This document shows positions 31,601 to 38,785 of a stretch of 64,000 bases of DNA, piece after piece. The position numbers were made by a program, and so were the translations under genes. Each line of letters begins with the position of its first letter. Position 1 is the stretch's first letter. This DNA comes from Verrucomicrobiota bacterium (GTDB lineage: Bacteria > Verrucomicrobiota > Verrucomicrobiia > Verrucomicrobiales > V1-33), in contig QQNF01000008.1 of NCBI GenBank assembly GCA_003402705.1, positions 2,837-66,836 on the forward strand. The letters are read 5' to 3'. Below the pieces are notes generated by a model. It was given only the letters and a program-made list of their open reading frames with translations. It was not told the DNA's origin and ran no database searches.

Positions 31601-33314
31601 GATTCTGCAGGCGACTGTGGAGAAGGCTGGCGAGTTGCAGCCGCTGCTGAAGGATGATCAGTTGAAGCGGAAGGATGACGAGCATCACAGCCTTGCGCTG
31701 GCGCTAGCGGCGTACGATTATTCGCTGAACGGGAATCGGGAGGCGCTGCGGTTTATGCTCGACGAACTGGCGAACGGACCGGCGGGGGATGTGCAGGCGG
31801 CGGTGCCGTTTGGGTTCATTGATGAATGGGAGCTGACGATGGCGGCGCACGAGAAGCATTTTGCGAGGGGAGCGGACGGGGCGGCAGGGGAATCGTACGG
31901 ATTGTTCTGGGAGCAGCGGAGTGTGCTCTACCCGGAGCAGTTGGCGCGGTATCAGGAGAAGGCCCTGAAGGGGGCAGGACTGGATGCGGAGTCGCGGCGT
32001 GGTGTGTGGACCGGGAGCAAGGATGGGGTCAGTGTGGCGTTGCGTTTTGGTGATGACGTGAGCTGGGTGATCAGGAATGGTGAGGGTTTCGCCACGGCGA
32101 CGCTGAAGGTTTCGCCCGGGGTTCCGGCGACGCATCTGGATGTGATGGTGCTGCACGGGAAGGAAGAATGGGTGCAATGCGGGAGAGTGTCGCGCGGGGC
32201 TGGGGGCGGTTTGCAGTTGGAGATCTGGCCGCACACGAGTGCGGCACCCTTTCTGCCGAGGATCAGCGGGTTGGAGCTGACGAAGCGGCCGTCGGAGGTG
32301 CCGGGGATGTCGCGTGAGGCGGTGCTGCTTGATAGTGATGTTGAGGGTCGACTTGCGTGGGGTGAGCCGGTGAATGGGGTGCGCGCGGCATTGGTGAGGG
32401 TTTCGCCGGGAGGTGACGCGAAGCCGGGGACGGTGATTGATTTGAACGTGGTGGTACAGAACGTGAGTGAGCAGCCGGTGACGTTCCGCGGCGAAAGTCC
32501 GGGGGCGGGAGCGGCGCCGAAGATTGTCCTGGCGGACGGCACGGTGAAGGATGTGGGACAGAATATTGTGGACATCCTGAGTGCCGTTAACGACCTCGTG
32601 CTGCCGCCGCGGCATGTTATTGTGATGACGCTGATGTCGATGGCCATCGGTGAGTTTGGGGCGGACACCCGGAGCGCAGACCCGAATCGGTCAGTGGGTT
32701 ATTCGACCGGGAAGCTGGCGGATGGGGCGGTGGTGGCCGGATTGACGGCGTCGCTGTCGTTCGGGCATGGTCCGGCGAATGCGTGGAAGGGGACGCTGAT
32801 GTCAGGAACGCTGAGTTTGGAGGCCGATCGGTCGGAGCAGAAGGCATCGGTGCTGGATCCATCTACGGAGGCACAGCTGGATTGGGGCGAGGCGGTGAAT
32901 GGATTGAGGGGGGCGCTCATCATTCGTTCGCCGGGTCCGGGGAAGCCGGAGGGAATCTACCTGGCGGTGCAGAATGTTTCGGATGCGCCGCTGCGTTTTG
33001 TCGACGAGGTCAGGGATGAGCGTCTGCGGGCGCTTTACCTTGGCGATGCGAAAGGTGTCAAGGCGGTGCTGTCGAATGCCGAGCCGACGATGACGGACGT
33101 GACGATTGAGCCGCGCGGGGTGGTGTATCTTAACATGATGCTGCGCGATGCGAGCGCGGAGGTCGCTGAGGTGCTGATTGAAGGCATCCGGAAGGATTCG
33201 CGGGAGCGATGGCGTGCGGGGCTTGAGCTGCGGGATGTTCCGGATGGCGCGTGGAAGGGGAAGCTGACGACGGGGGAGACGCGCGGAGCGGTGCAGGAGG
33301 GCGGCCGTCGTTGA
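25623..33314 (+). CDS. Giant BlaR1-like M56 metallopeptidase signal transducer with a repeated-module extracytoplasmic region (~2563 aa)
   Basis: TM helices, ASARHMVW, P.VWG..RP.LLLP, LLHELAHLRRRD (HExxH at 26331), WFNPLVW, ERE.ACDD.V, then a TM helix and ~2180 aa of repeated modules. ATG 25623 lies 1 nt after the blaI stop. Confidence 0.88.
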   Translation: MNRILIFAAAAVPLLADASLKGAALLVLAGVGVLVMRRASASARHMVWLAAMVALLIVPVLSVVLPGWRVLPRWSARQAVVADVAMPRAAEKPALTAPPTERPVVFPAAAPLPVPEMAAVLRPSVPVLVASESVMPFPRHGWLLPIWAAGCGVLVLRLTAAHVLLRRSTRRCEPADGALVATLEAARVECGVRQPVRLLMDKGRTIPVVWGMFRPQLLLPAEAEYWNATQLRSVLLHELAHLRRRDPLTQFLTQLACALHWFNPLVWLAAWRLHVERERACDDLVLARGVKPSAYAEHLLQIATQLSPARWTQACGLAMARKSSIEGRLHAVLSDKLNRRSVTRALTAAALMLGAIIAVPLAMLRAADEKWDSPLQTAAEKMTAATIRQGGALPERFGGVAWGETQPTGLRAAWLLEPGAAEHRMGTALKARLLVQNAGTIPVMARVPTWHQGGVSARDEAGGEVEVSGIDWTTIARLVPVCLAPGEYIEINAPGVGLGKDAGRGPWAGPRVGSNVLAKDGAELILTHGPIPLDGSGVGMREDAPHIVGPGWWQAHIKERLSRELPLPSSGAKRTHLLDRAVRDLFATTPTADEIASFATDQSDGALDALVQRLAARVDRVEFSGSLPTAPVKFRVLPADPGIADKAPRVVLGPGEYPLSGGTAARGAVMLKIVGRPVGDRRTNDAQILFEATEATGKLPPNPHKLEIPDGWGTWAIVCRPGEGFFYVLHKGGARKIDYSDPAKVTDLPATVVPVEFRDKVKRQLDLAGVAAESLAEVFERAAAPASETGEARAPEQTHLWNDKYAAVAYQTGEDVNFVLVHEGFISTGIEESFSPMSGWWRIAGNIHLVDSKLTEAAGKNVDKRVIAVKHTSDEPGTLYIDGKAYALGAGRVFVLGDAGEPFQAARSMALRTKEDLVKIGDIVIEDVKRARQGKTPEPKQTGSVQPVTDGKSSAQVLRADGQEPIVILTGRALTASPESTGREGGLTMDVATSDKTITVRYVWPEDAPGFLDLKAGGYPVSRFDLSRGRVFYVHFEKLEFAAEIFQVPAGTKVPAIDSPAALTEAAAAVTAWYASCDDRARWESSRVVVPESEYKGGKPLDAGADKIVWGEANDAGLRLGIGGLEPGVAYAVGQQLPVKQYIRNDSGSVVAFSPTQIFNEGVGGELVRKADGKKFPHQKGYPGQGFFDRVRLAAGHYIEIGSGPMRTIMAEKNGSSPGGMDMMAHGFTVWPGEYTLRLTHDIGQFLGRPANSHFGDPRNAPGLGEWTGVLTSEAVPLRLADEQVKTAKAGDSEAFGSQYMIAFEKGVIRLRHYKGYPNMAQTGGPWEDGIRDWKIPAADGEYVAAWAVGGNGIWVKDASGITHLIVKENLTEIGKWTLEQAAGGRGDMPAGVRAVLQLPPGRVEEKPSAEAPAAGGPVKPRHESAQSLFRRWQAGARTDGMIPAAVAEQLAGEVEPVDDTARALFKRWKVYSRTNGMIPGGLVGRLVESINVYLKRPPREDAVPKLAAVRAKLDKSRDWTPRDAAAMLDEVSAIEDLPVFWARGSLDYLEGGYLSRGKPLPDELRDVGWGKPGSKGLRAAWRLEPRAAVYAPESVLRARVLFHNTGRVPVVFTTNEEHRLDEHHAHDAGGKAIAVEPSRDEGMEIHRMCRLGPGEFCEVTAPRVAIGWRDRRDIDVFINIGAKEGDEVILSHKVEAGWIPPDVDGEWTNPVVEELAARMSEAITERIELESPLPHAAADRESIVRRLMIDFTGEPPTDERVRAFVTDDSSDAMVKLRDHLLANLVSVTWSGPLETGETRFRVVPTDPAAAKAARSANSTGRYVLGDAVDLRISQTASALGRRNRATIVFRSPDPEQVSGCKPYEIALPDGTDTYGMVWVRGAGELWVMENGLVRRYDFREPGAVKEVRIESGSIGDIPEPLREAMKQAFGELAATGQQQRQRASGAGARRAVDWGKFPAYDELEDPFVTEKALELAAKAELASDEVRRLMFMILQATVEKAGELQPLLKDDQLKRKDDEHHSLALALAAYDYSLNGNREALRFMLDELANGPAGDVQAAVPFGFIDEWELTMAAHEKHFARGADGAAGESYGLFWEQRSVLYPEQLARYQEKALKGAGLDAESRRGVWTGSKDGVSVALRFGDDVSWVIRNGEGFATATLKVSPGVPATHLDVMVLHGKEEWVQCGRVSRGAGGGLQLEIWPHTSAAPFLPRISGLELTKRPSEVPGMSREAVLLDSDVEGRLAWGEPVNGVRAALVRVSPGGDAKPGTVIDLNVVVQNVSEQPVTFRGESPGAGAAPKIVLADGTVKDVGQNIVDILSAVNDLVLPPRHVIVMTLMSMAIGEFGADTRSADPNRSVGYSTGKLADGAVVAGLTASLSFGHGPANAWKGTLMSGTLSLEADRSEQKASVLDPSTEAQLDWGEAVNGLRGALIIRSPGPGKPEGIYLAVQNVSDAPLRFVDEVRDERLRALYLGDAKGVKAVLSNAEPTMTDVTIEPRGVVYLNMMLRDASAEVAEVLIEGIRKDSRERWRAGLELRDVPDGAWKGKLTTGETRGAVQEGGRR

Positions 33315-33443
33315 GGAACAAGACGGTGCGGGCGCTTTTCGAAAGCAGCTTGCGGCGGAACGGTGGAGACGTGGTATTGGGGAGTGGGAGGCGGTGCTGG
33401 CGAAGGTTCCGGATGGGGTGGAGGGAAAAAGGGAGCGAGGGGA

Positions 33444-33472
33444 TTGACAGGCATCGGGGAAATCCCTAAACT
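33444..33472 (+). promoter_or_regulatory. Near-consensus sigma70 promoter
   Basis: TTGACA (33444-49), 17-nt spacer, TAAACT (33467-72), 18 nt before ATG 33491. Confidence 0.75.
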
Positions 33473-33490
33473 CAGGGCCGATTTTGCATC

Positions 33491-34765
33491 ATGAGACCTG
33501 AGTCCAGCACAACAGCCACGAGCGGCAGCCGCGTGTTGCGGAACGTGTGGGTATGCCTTGGATTGCTGGCGGTGGGTCAGGTGGCTGCGCTGGCGGTGTC
33601 GTACCGGATGCCGGTTGCGGTGGTGGGCGGAGGGGAGCCGGTTGCGGCGGTTGATGAGGTGAAGGATGTGGAGGTTCCAGCGATTCCTGTGGCGGAGCCG
33701 GTGTTGGCGGTGGCGGTGCCGGTGAAGGATGATCCGTTTGCGGATCCGAGGCCGCAGGTGGTGGTGGATCCGGATGCGCCGGAGCCCGAGGATCCGGGGA
33801 TGGCGCTGCTGATGGAGGCGAAGGAGAAGGAGATGCTAGAGGAGGGCGGGGTGTCGCTGCCCGGGGTTTCGACGGGACCGCGGGCACCGGCGGCGAAGGT
33901 GCAGGCACCACTGGATGTGGCGATCACGGACGAGGTGGTCCTGGCGCATCTGGATGAGGGTTTGAATTTGCGGACATCGGGGGACACGAATGGAGCGCTG
34001 GCGCATCTGCGGGCGGCGGCGGTGGTGCTGCCGGATCATCCGAAGGTGCTCTATCATCTGGCGCTGACGCTGGACACGATGGGATTGGTGCGGAAGGCGC
34101 AGCCGGTCTGGGAGAGCCTGCGGGCGCTTGGAGACGGGGCGGGCGATTTCTTTGTGCTGGCGCGCGACCGCCTGCGTGACGGCGTTGAGGCGTCGGCGGA
34201 GCCGGAGGAAGACAGGGAGGGGAAATTTACGATAGGATCGCTGGATGAAGAACGCGTGGTGGACTCGGGCGGCGAGCGGGTGCGGTTCACGACGGTGATT
34301 CGCAAGAAGTCGGATCAGCCGGTGGACATGGAGAAGATGACGCTGGCGATTCACTTCTTTGATTCGGTGAACGGGCGGAGCATTGCGCGTTCGCATGCGA
34401 TGGAGCCGGTGTTGAGTTGTGAGAGTGAGCCGGCGGACTGGGCAGCTGGCGGGGAGACGTTTGTGTTTGATTACTGGCAGCCGGCGATGTCGCCGGACGA
34501 GCTGCAGCGGCTAGGGAGGTGCCGGTATTACGGGTGTGCGCTGGAAGTGATTTACGAGGACAAGCTGCAGGATGCGACGGCGACGACCGGGGAGTTGCTG
34601 CAGATGGCGAGGGAGCTTCCGCTGCCGGACCGGACTGCGCCGGATGCGCTGCTGGACAGCGGGCCGCAGCCATCGCCGCTGGTGCCGACGATCCCGGGCA
34701 GCCCGGAGAACCTGCTGTTCCCGCCGGCTGCGGCACCGCGGGCTGCGCCGACAGCACCCCGCTGA
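33491..34765 (+). CDS. Membrane-anchored TPR-containing hypothetical protein
   Basis: N-terminal TM helix, Pro/acidic linker, TPR-like segment GDTNGALAHLRAA..LPDHPKVLYHLALTLDTMG, C-terminal beta-rich domain. Confidence 0.7.
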   Translation: MRPESSTTATSGSRVLRNVWVCLGLLAVGQVAALAVSYRMPVAVVGGGEPVAAVDEVKDVEVPAIPVAEPVLAVAVPVKDDPFADPRPQVVVDPDAPEPEDPGMALLMEAKEKEMLEEGGVSLPGVSTGPRAPAAKVQAPLDVAITDEVVLAHLDEGLNLRTSGDTNGALAHLRAAAVVLPDHPKVLYHLALTLDTMGLVRKAQPVWESLRALGDGAGDFFVLARDRLRDGVEASAEPEEDREGKFTIGSLDEERVVDSGGERVRFTTVIRKKSDQPVDMEKMTLAIHFFDSVNGRSIARSHAMEPVLSCESEPADWAAGGETFVFDYWQPAMSPDELQRLGRCRYYGCALEVIYEDKLQDATATTGELLQMARELPLPDRTAPDALLDSGPQPSPLVPTIPGSPENLLFPPAAAPRAAPTAPR

Positions 34766-34769
34766 AGTC

Positions 34770-36635
34770 ATGATCGTGCTGATTGCCACGGACGATGCGG
34801 CAAGCCGTGAGGCGCTCGTGGGGGAGCTCGCGGCGGCGCCTGACTATCGAGTGCTGACGGCTAGCGAGCCTGCGGAGCTGCAGAGCCTTGCGGCGGGATT
34901 GAGCGGGCTGGATGTGTTTTTGTTTTCGGGGCGGTTTGCGACGGTGGAGGGCAAGGCGATGCGGGAGCAGTTGCGGCGGGAGTTTCCGGGATTGGAGGCG
35001 GTGCAGATGGATGGTGCGGCACCGTCGAAGGTGGCGGCGTGGCTGGGTGAGTTGGCTGCGGCGCGGGCGGCGACGGTGCCGGTGGGCGTCCCGGTGGTGC
35101 TAGGGGATTATGAACTGCGGGAGAAGCGGCGGAGCCTGCCGAAGACGGATACGTTTCGAGCGGTGCAGCGGTCGGTGAACCGTGAAGTGGTGCTGGAGCG
35201 GCTGAAGCCGGAGATTGCGGCGGATGCGGATGCGGTGCGGGATTTCCGGGCGCTGGTGCGGGCGCGTGCGGCGGTGGATTGTCCGGTGATTGCGGCGGTG
35301 TACGAGGTGCAGGAGAGGGATGGGGCGGTTTTTTACACGCGGGAACTGGTGAGCGGGCGGAGCCTTGAGGAGATCCGGGCGGCGGGGCAGCGGATTCCGG
35401 CGGTGAATGCGCTGCAGGTGCTGCATGGGGCGGCGGATGCGCTAGGGTGGCTGGGGTCGCGGCGGATTCCGCGGGAATCGTTCGGCCCGGCGCATGTGTT
35501 TCATGGTGAGGATGGGACGGTGCGGGTGGCGAATCTGGCGGCGTCCGGGCCGGTGGCGGCGGTGAATGAAGCGGGGGAGATTCGGGCGTTGGCGACGGCA
35601 TTGATGGCGACGGCGGATTTCCGGTCGGCGGGAGCGCGGGAGCTGTCGCATCTGCTGGCGCTGATGAAGGCGGCGGGGGCGCAGGGGTTGGGGACGTGGC
35701 GTGCGGTGGCGGCGGAATCGGGGGCGGCGCTGCGGCGGATTGCGGACGGGGGCCGGGGCGGGGAATCGCCGGGGAGGAAGCGGGTGTGGCCTGCGGCGGT
35801 GGTGCTGCTGGCGCTGGTGGGTGGGACGGTGGCGGCGGTGATGCATTTTCAGAAGCGGAAGCAGCAGCAGCAGTTTGCGTCGCGGGATGTGTCCGGGATG
35901 GTGAAAGTTCCGGCTGGGGAATTTCTGTTCGGGGATGGGCGGCGGCTGAGTCTTGCGGAGTTCTGGATTGACCGGCATGAGGTGACGATCGGGACGTATG
36001 GGGCGTTTCTGGAGGCGGTGGCGGCTGGTGATCCGAAGCGGTTTGATCATAAGGACCAACCGGCGGCGAAGGGTGGGCATGAGCCGAAGGATTGGCAGGG
36101 GATACTGGAGGCGGCGCGAGCGGGGCAGCCGTGGCACGGGGCGGTGCTGACCCTGCAGTCGCCGGTATTTCATGTGGATTGGTGGGATGCGTGGGCCTGT
36201 GCGCGGTGGCTGGGGAGGAGACTGCCGACCGAGCAGGAATGGGAGCGTGCGGCGCGGGGGATGGATGGGCGGCTTTATCCGTGGGGTGAGAAACCGGATC
36301 CGGCATTGGCGAACACGGGTGTGGATTATCCTGGCACGAGTGGAGCGATGCCTGGAGGAAGCGATGGGCATGCGTTGTGGTGCGATGTGGATGCGGTGGA
36401 AGGTGACTTGAGCCCGGATGGGGTGCATGGGATGGCGGGGAATGTGGCGGAGTGGACGGATTCGTGGGCCCCGCACCCGGAACTTCCCGACGAGACCGTG
36501 CCGGTGTTCCGTGGCGGTGATTTTCGGCAGCCGAAGGCGGTGCCGATGAACACGCCGTGGCTGGCGGACGATGCATCATACGCCCAGGCATTTCTCGGTT
36601 TCCGAACGGCGACATCTGTCCCACCATCACCTTGA
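34770..36635 (+). CDS. Pseudo-receiver + Ser/Thr pseudokinase + TM + FGE-sulfatase (SUMF1) fold protein
   Basis: N-term MIVLIATDD (receiver-like). LGDYEL..FRAVQRSVNREVVL..AAVYEV..FYTRELVSGRSL resembles a kinase N-lobe but HRD and DFG are absent. After the TM: FWIDRHEVT, RLPTEQEWERAARG, YPWG, GMAGNVAEW, LGFR. ATG at 34770. Confidence 0.8.
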   Translation: MIVLIATDDAASREALVGELAAAPDYRVLTASEPAELQSLAAGLSGLDVFLFSGRFATVEGKAMREQLRREFPGLEAVQMDGAAPSKVAAWLGELAAARAATVPVGVPVVLGDYELREKRRSLPKTDTFRAVQRSVNREVVLERLKPEIAADADAVRDFRALVRARAAVDCPVIAAVYEVQERDGAVFYTRELVSGRSLEEIRAAGQRIPAVNALQVLHGAADALGWLGSRRIPRESFGPAHVFHGEDGTVRVANLAASGPVAAVNEAGEIRALATALMATADFRSAGARELSHLLALMKAAGAQGLGTWRAVAAESGAALRRIADGGRGGESPGRKRVWPAAVVLLALVGGTVAAVMHFQKRKQQQQFASRDVSGMVKVPAGEFLFGDGRRLSLAEFWIDRHEVTIGTYGAFLEAVAAGDPKRFDHKDQPAAKGGHEPKDWQGILEAARAGQPWHGAVLTLQSPVFHVDWWDAWACARWLGRRLPTEQEWERAARGMDGRLYPWGEKPDPALANTGVDYPGTSGAMPGGSDGHALWCDVDAVEGDLSPDGVHGMAGNVAEWTDSWAPHPELPDETVPVFRGGDFRQPKAVPMNTPWLADDASYAQAFLGFRTATSVPPSP

Positions 36636-36651
36636 CCGTCCCTTTTGACCC

Positions 36652-37542
36652 ATGACTGCCAGCGCCCGATCCCTCGTCCGATTCATCATTCTGGCGGCCG
36701 CCGCCTTTTGTGCGGTGCCTGTATCGGCGCAGCTTGCGGTGACGATCACCGCGGAACGCACGAACTACATTTCGTATGAGCCGCTGTATGTAACGGTGAC
36801 GGTGACGAACACGGGAGGACAGGATCTGGTGCTAGGGGCACCGGGCGGGGCGTCGTGGGTCAATTTTTCGGTGATGAGCGAGCGGGGCGAGCCGGTCACG
36901 GCGATTTCGAGTCCGGTGGCTGAGCCGATGATGTTCCGTGCGGGGCAGGCGCTGCAGCGGAAGTTCAACATTCCGCGGTATTTTCACATCACGGGGTCCG
37001 GCGGGTATGTGATCAAGGCGAGTGCGTATCATTCGGATCTGCAGCGCTGGATCAATTCCCGGCCGATTCGGTTTACGATTCAGCAGGCGCAGAAGCCGCG
37101 GTGGGAGAAGTCGCTGGCTTTGCCGAAGGATCACCGGATGGCTGGCAAGTACCGGCGCTATCAGTTGTTCAATTTCCATGACACTGACAAGTCGTATCTG
37201 TATGTCCGGATCATTGATGAATCGACGGGGGCGTTTCTGGTGACGCTGCCGCTGAATACGCTGATTCCTGATCGCGAAGTGCAGATTCAGGTGGGAGGCG
37301 ACCGCAGTCTGCATCTGCTGTCGATGGCCAGTCCGACGATCTGGGTGTATCAGGTGGTGAATCTGGACGGGAAGGTGCTGAAGCAGGATTTCTATCAGGT
37401 GAAGCGCGGGACGCCGAGACTGGATCTGAGTGAGTCCGGGGTGGTGTCGATCAGCGGGGCGCGGCCATATGAGCCGGAAGCGCCGAAGCGGGACAAATTC
37501 CGCGGGACGGGCGACCGTCCGGACGGGCTTCCGCTGGAGTGA
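36652..37542 (+). CDS. Secreted hypothetical protein (Ig-like N-terminal beta-sandwich)
   Basis: Signal peptide ending VSA-Q; YEPLYVTVTVTN pattern; tight operon spacing. Confidence 0.7.
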   Translation: MTASARSLVRFIILAAAAFCAVPVSAQLAVTITAERTNYISYEPLYVTVTVTNTGGQDLVLGAPGGASWVNFSVMSERGEPVTAISSPVAEPMMFRAGQALQRKFNIPRYFHITGSGGYVIKASAYHSDLQRWINSRPIRFTIQQAQKPRWEKSLALPKDHRMAGKYRRYQLFNFHDTDKSYLYVRIIDESTGAFLVTLPLNTLIPDREVQIQVGGDRSLHLLSMASPTIWVYQVVNLDGKVLKQDFYQVKRGTPRLDLSESGVVSISGARPYEPEAPKRDKFRGTGDRPDGLPLE

Positions 37543-37569
37543 CGTGCTGCGGTAATCCCTGTTGCTGGC

Positions 37570-38184
37570 ATGATCCGACTGATCCGGTCCCGATGGCTGT
37601 TGTGGTGCCTGCTGCTGGCGTCATGGGTGGTGGTGCCTGCGGCGATGGCAGGGAAGTTCACGCGCGTGGTGATTGACCCTGGGCATGGCGGGTATGACAA
37701 CGGCGGGATGATCGGGGTGCTGTATGAGAAGCACCTAGCGCTGGATGTTTCCTTCCGGCTGAAGGAGTATCTGGCGAAGAAGGGAGTGAAGTCTGTGATG
37801 ACGCGCTCGCGGGATAACTTTCTGCCGCTGGAGGATCGGTCGGCGATCGCGAACAAGATCAAGGGGAGTATCTTTGTCAGTATCCATTTCAATTGGGTGA
37901 GTTATGGCGGGCCGAGCGGGACGGAGACGTTTTATTTCAGTCCTACGAGTGCGCCGCTGGCGACGGCGGTGCAGACGAGTATTGCGACGGCGCTGGGGAC
38001 GCCGAATCGCGGGGTGAAATTTGCGCGGTACAAGGTGATCCGGAGTGCGACGGTGCCTGCGGCGCTGGTGGAGGGCGGGTTTATATCGACGGCGAAGGAG
38101 CGGTCGAAAATCCTTGATCCGCGGTACCGGCAGCGGTTGGCGGAGGCGATCGGGAATGGGATTCTGCAGTACCGGAGACAGTAG
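37570..38184 (+). CDS. N-acetylmuramoyl-L-alanine amidase (Amidase_3)
   Basis: Signal peptide; VVIDPGHGG, EK..AL, MTR..D, FVSIHFN, PAALVEGGFIS. Confidence 0.93.
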   Translation: MIRLIRSRWLLWCLLLASWVVVPAAMAGKFTRVVIDPGHGGYDNGGMIGVLYEKHLALDVSFRLKEYLAKKGVKSVMTRSRDNFLPLEDRSAIANKIKGSIFVSIHFNWVSYGGPSGTETFYFSPTSAPLATAVQTSIATALGTPNRGVKFARYKVIRSATVPAALVEGGFISTAKERSKILDPRYRQRLAEAIGNGILQYRRQ

Positions 38185-38265
38185 GGAGCGGAGAAAGTTT
38201 CCAGGGAAGTTCAGGCGGTGGCGTGATGCTTGGTGCAACTGCTGAACTGAACCCCTGCCGCTCCT

Positions 38266-38778
38266 GTGTCTGCCGCCGAATTCCAAACTGTCCTTGAACG
38301 CTACGAGCGCCCGTTGCTGGCGTATGCACGGCATCAGGGGGCGGATCAGGAGACGGCGCGCGACGCGGTACAGGAGACCTTTCTGCGCTTCATACGTGAC
38401 GCGCCGGAAGGGAAGGGGGAATCGCTGGCCCCGTGGCTGTTCACGGTTTGCCGCCGGTGTCTGATCGACATCCGGCGCAAGAACTCGCGCCTGATACCCA
38501 TGGATACAACACTGACACTAGCGGCTGCCCCCGATGAATCGGCGGGGCCGGATACTGCGCTAGTCCGCAAGGACGACGCAGGCAGACTGCGCGGCCTGAT
38601 TGGCAGCCTGCCGGAACGCGAACGCGAGCTGGTCCGCCTGAAGTTTGAAGGCGGGCTGAGCTACAAGGACATTGCGGCGGCCACCGGGCTGTCGGTGAGC
38701 AATGTCGGTTACCTGCTGCACCATGCGGTGCAGACCCTCCGCGGGCAGTTTCATGCGCCTGCACAACCTCTTTCCTGA
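38266..38778 (+). CDS. ECF RNA polymerase sigma-70 factor
   Basis: Region 2 ARDAVQETFLRF..WLFTVCRR..ID..RK; region 4 LPERERELVRLKF.GGLSYKDIA; GTG start. Confidence 0.92.
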   Translation: MSAAEFQTVLERYERPLLAYARHQGADQETARDAVQETFLRFIRDAPEGKGESLAPWLFTVCRRCLIDIRRKNSRLIPMDTTLTLAAAPDESAGPDTALVRKDDAGRLRGLIGSLPERERELVRLKFEGGLSYKDIAAATGLSVSNVGYLLHHAVQTLRGQFHAPAQPLS

Positions 38779-38785
38779 CACATTG

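Noticed and set aside
34861-36630. 589-aa Pro-rich minus-strand ORF (and similar ones at 38793, 50759, 51893)
   Set aside because: Antisense to real genes; the composition simply mirrors the G-rich plus strand.
35900-36635. Diversity-generating retroelement target (FGE/CLec fold C-terminus)
   Set aside because: No second copy of the 3' region (template repeat) and no reverse transcriptase seen in the window.
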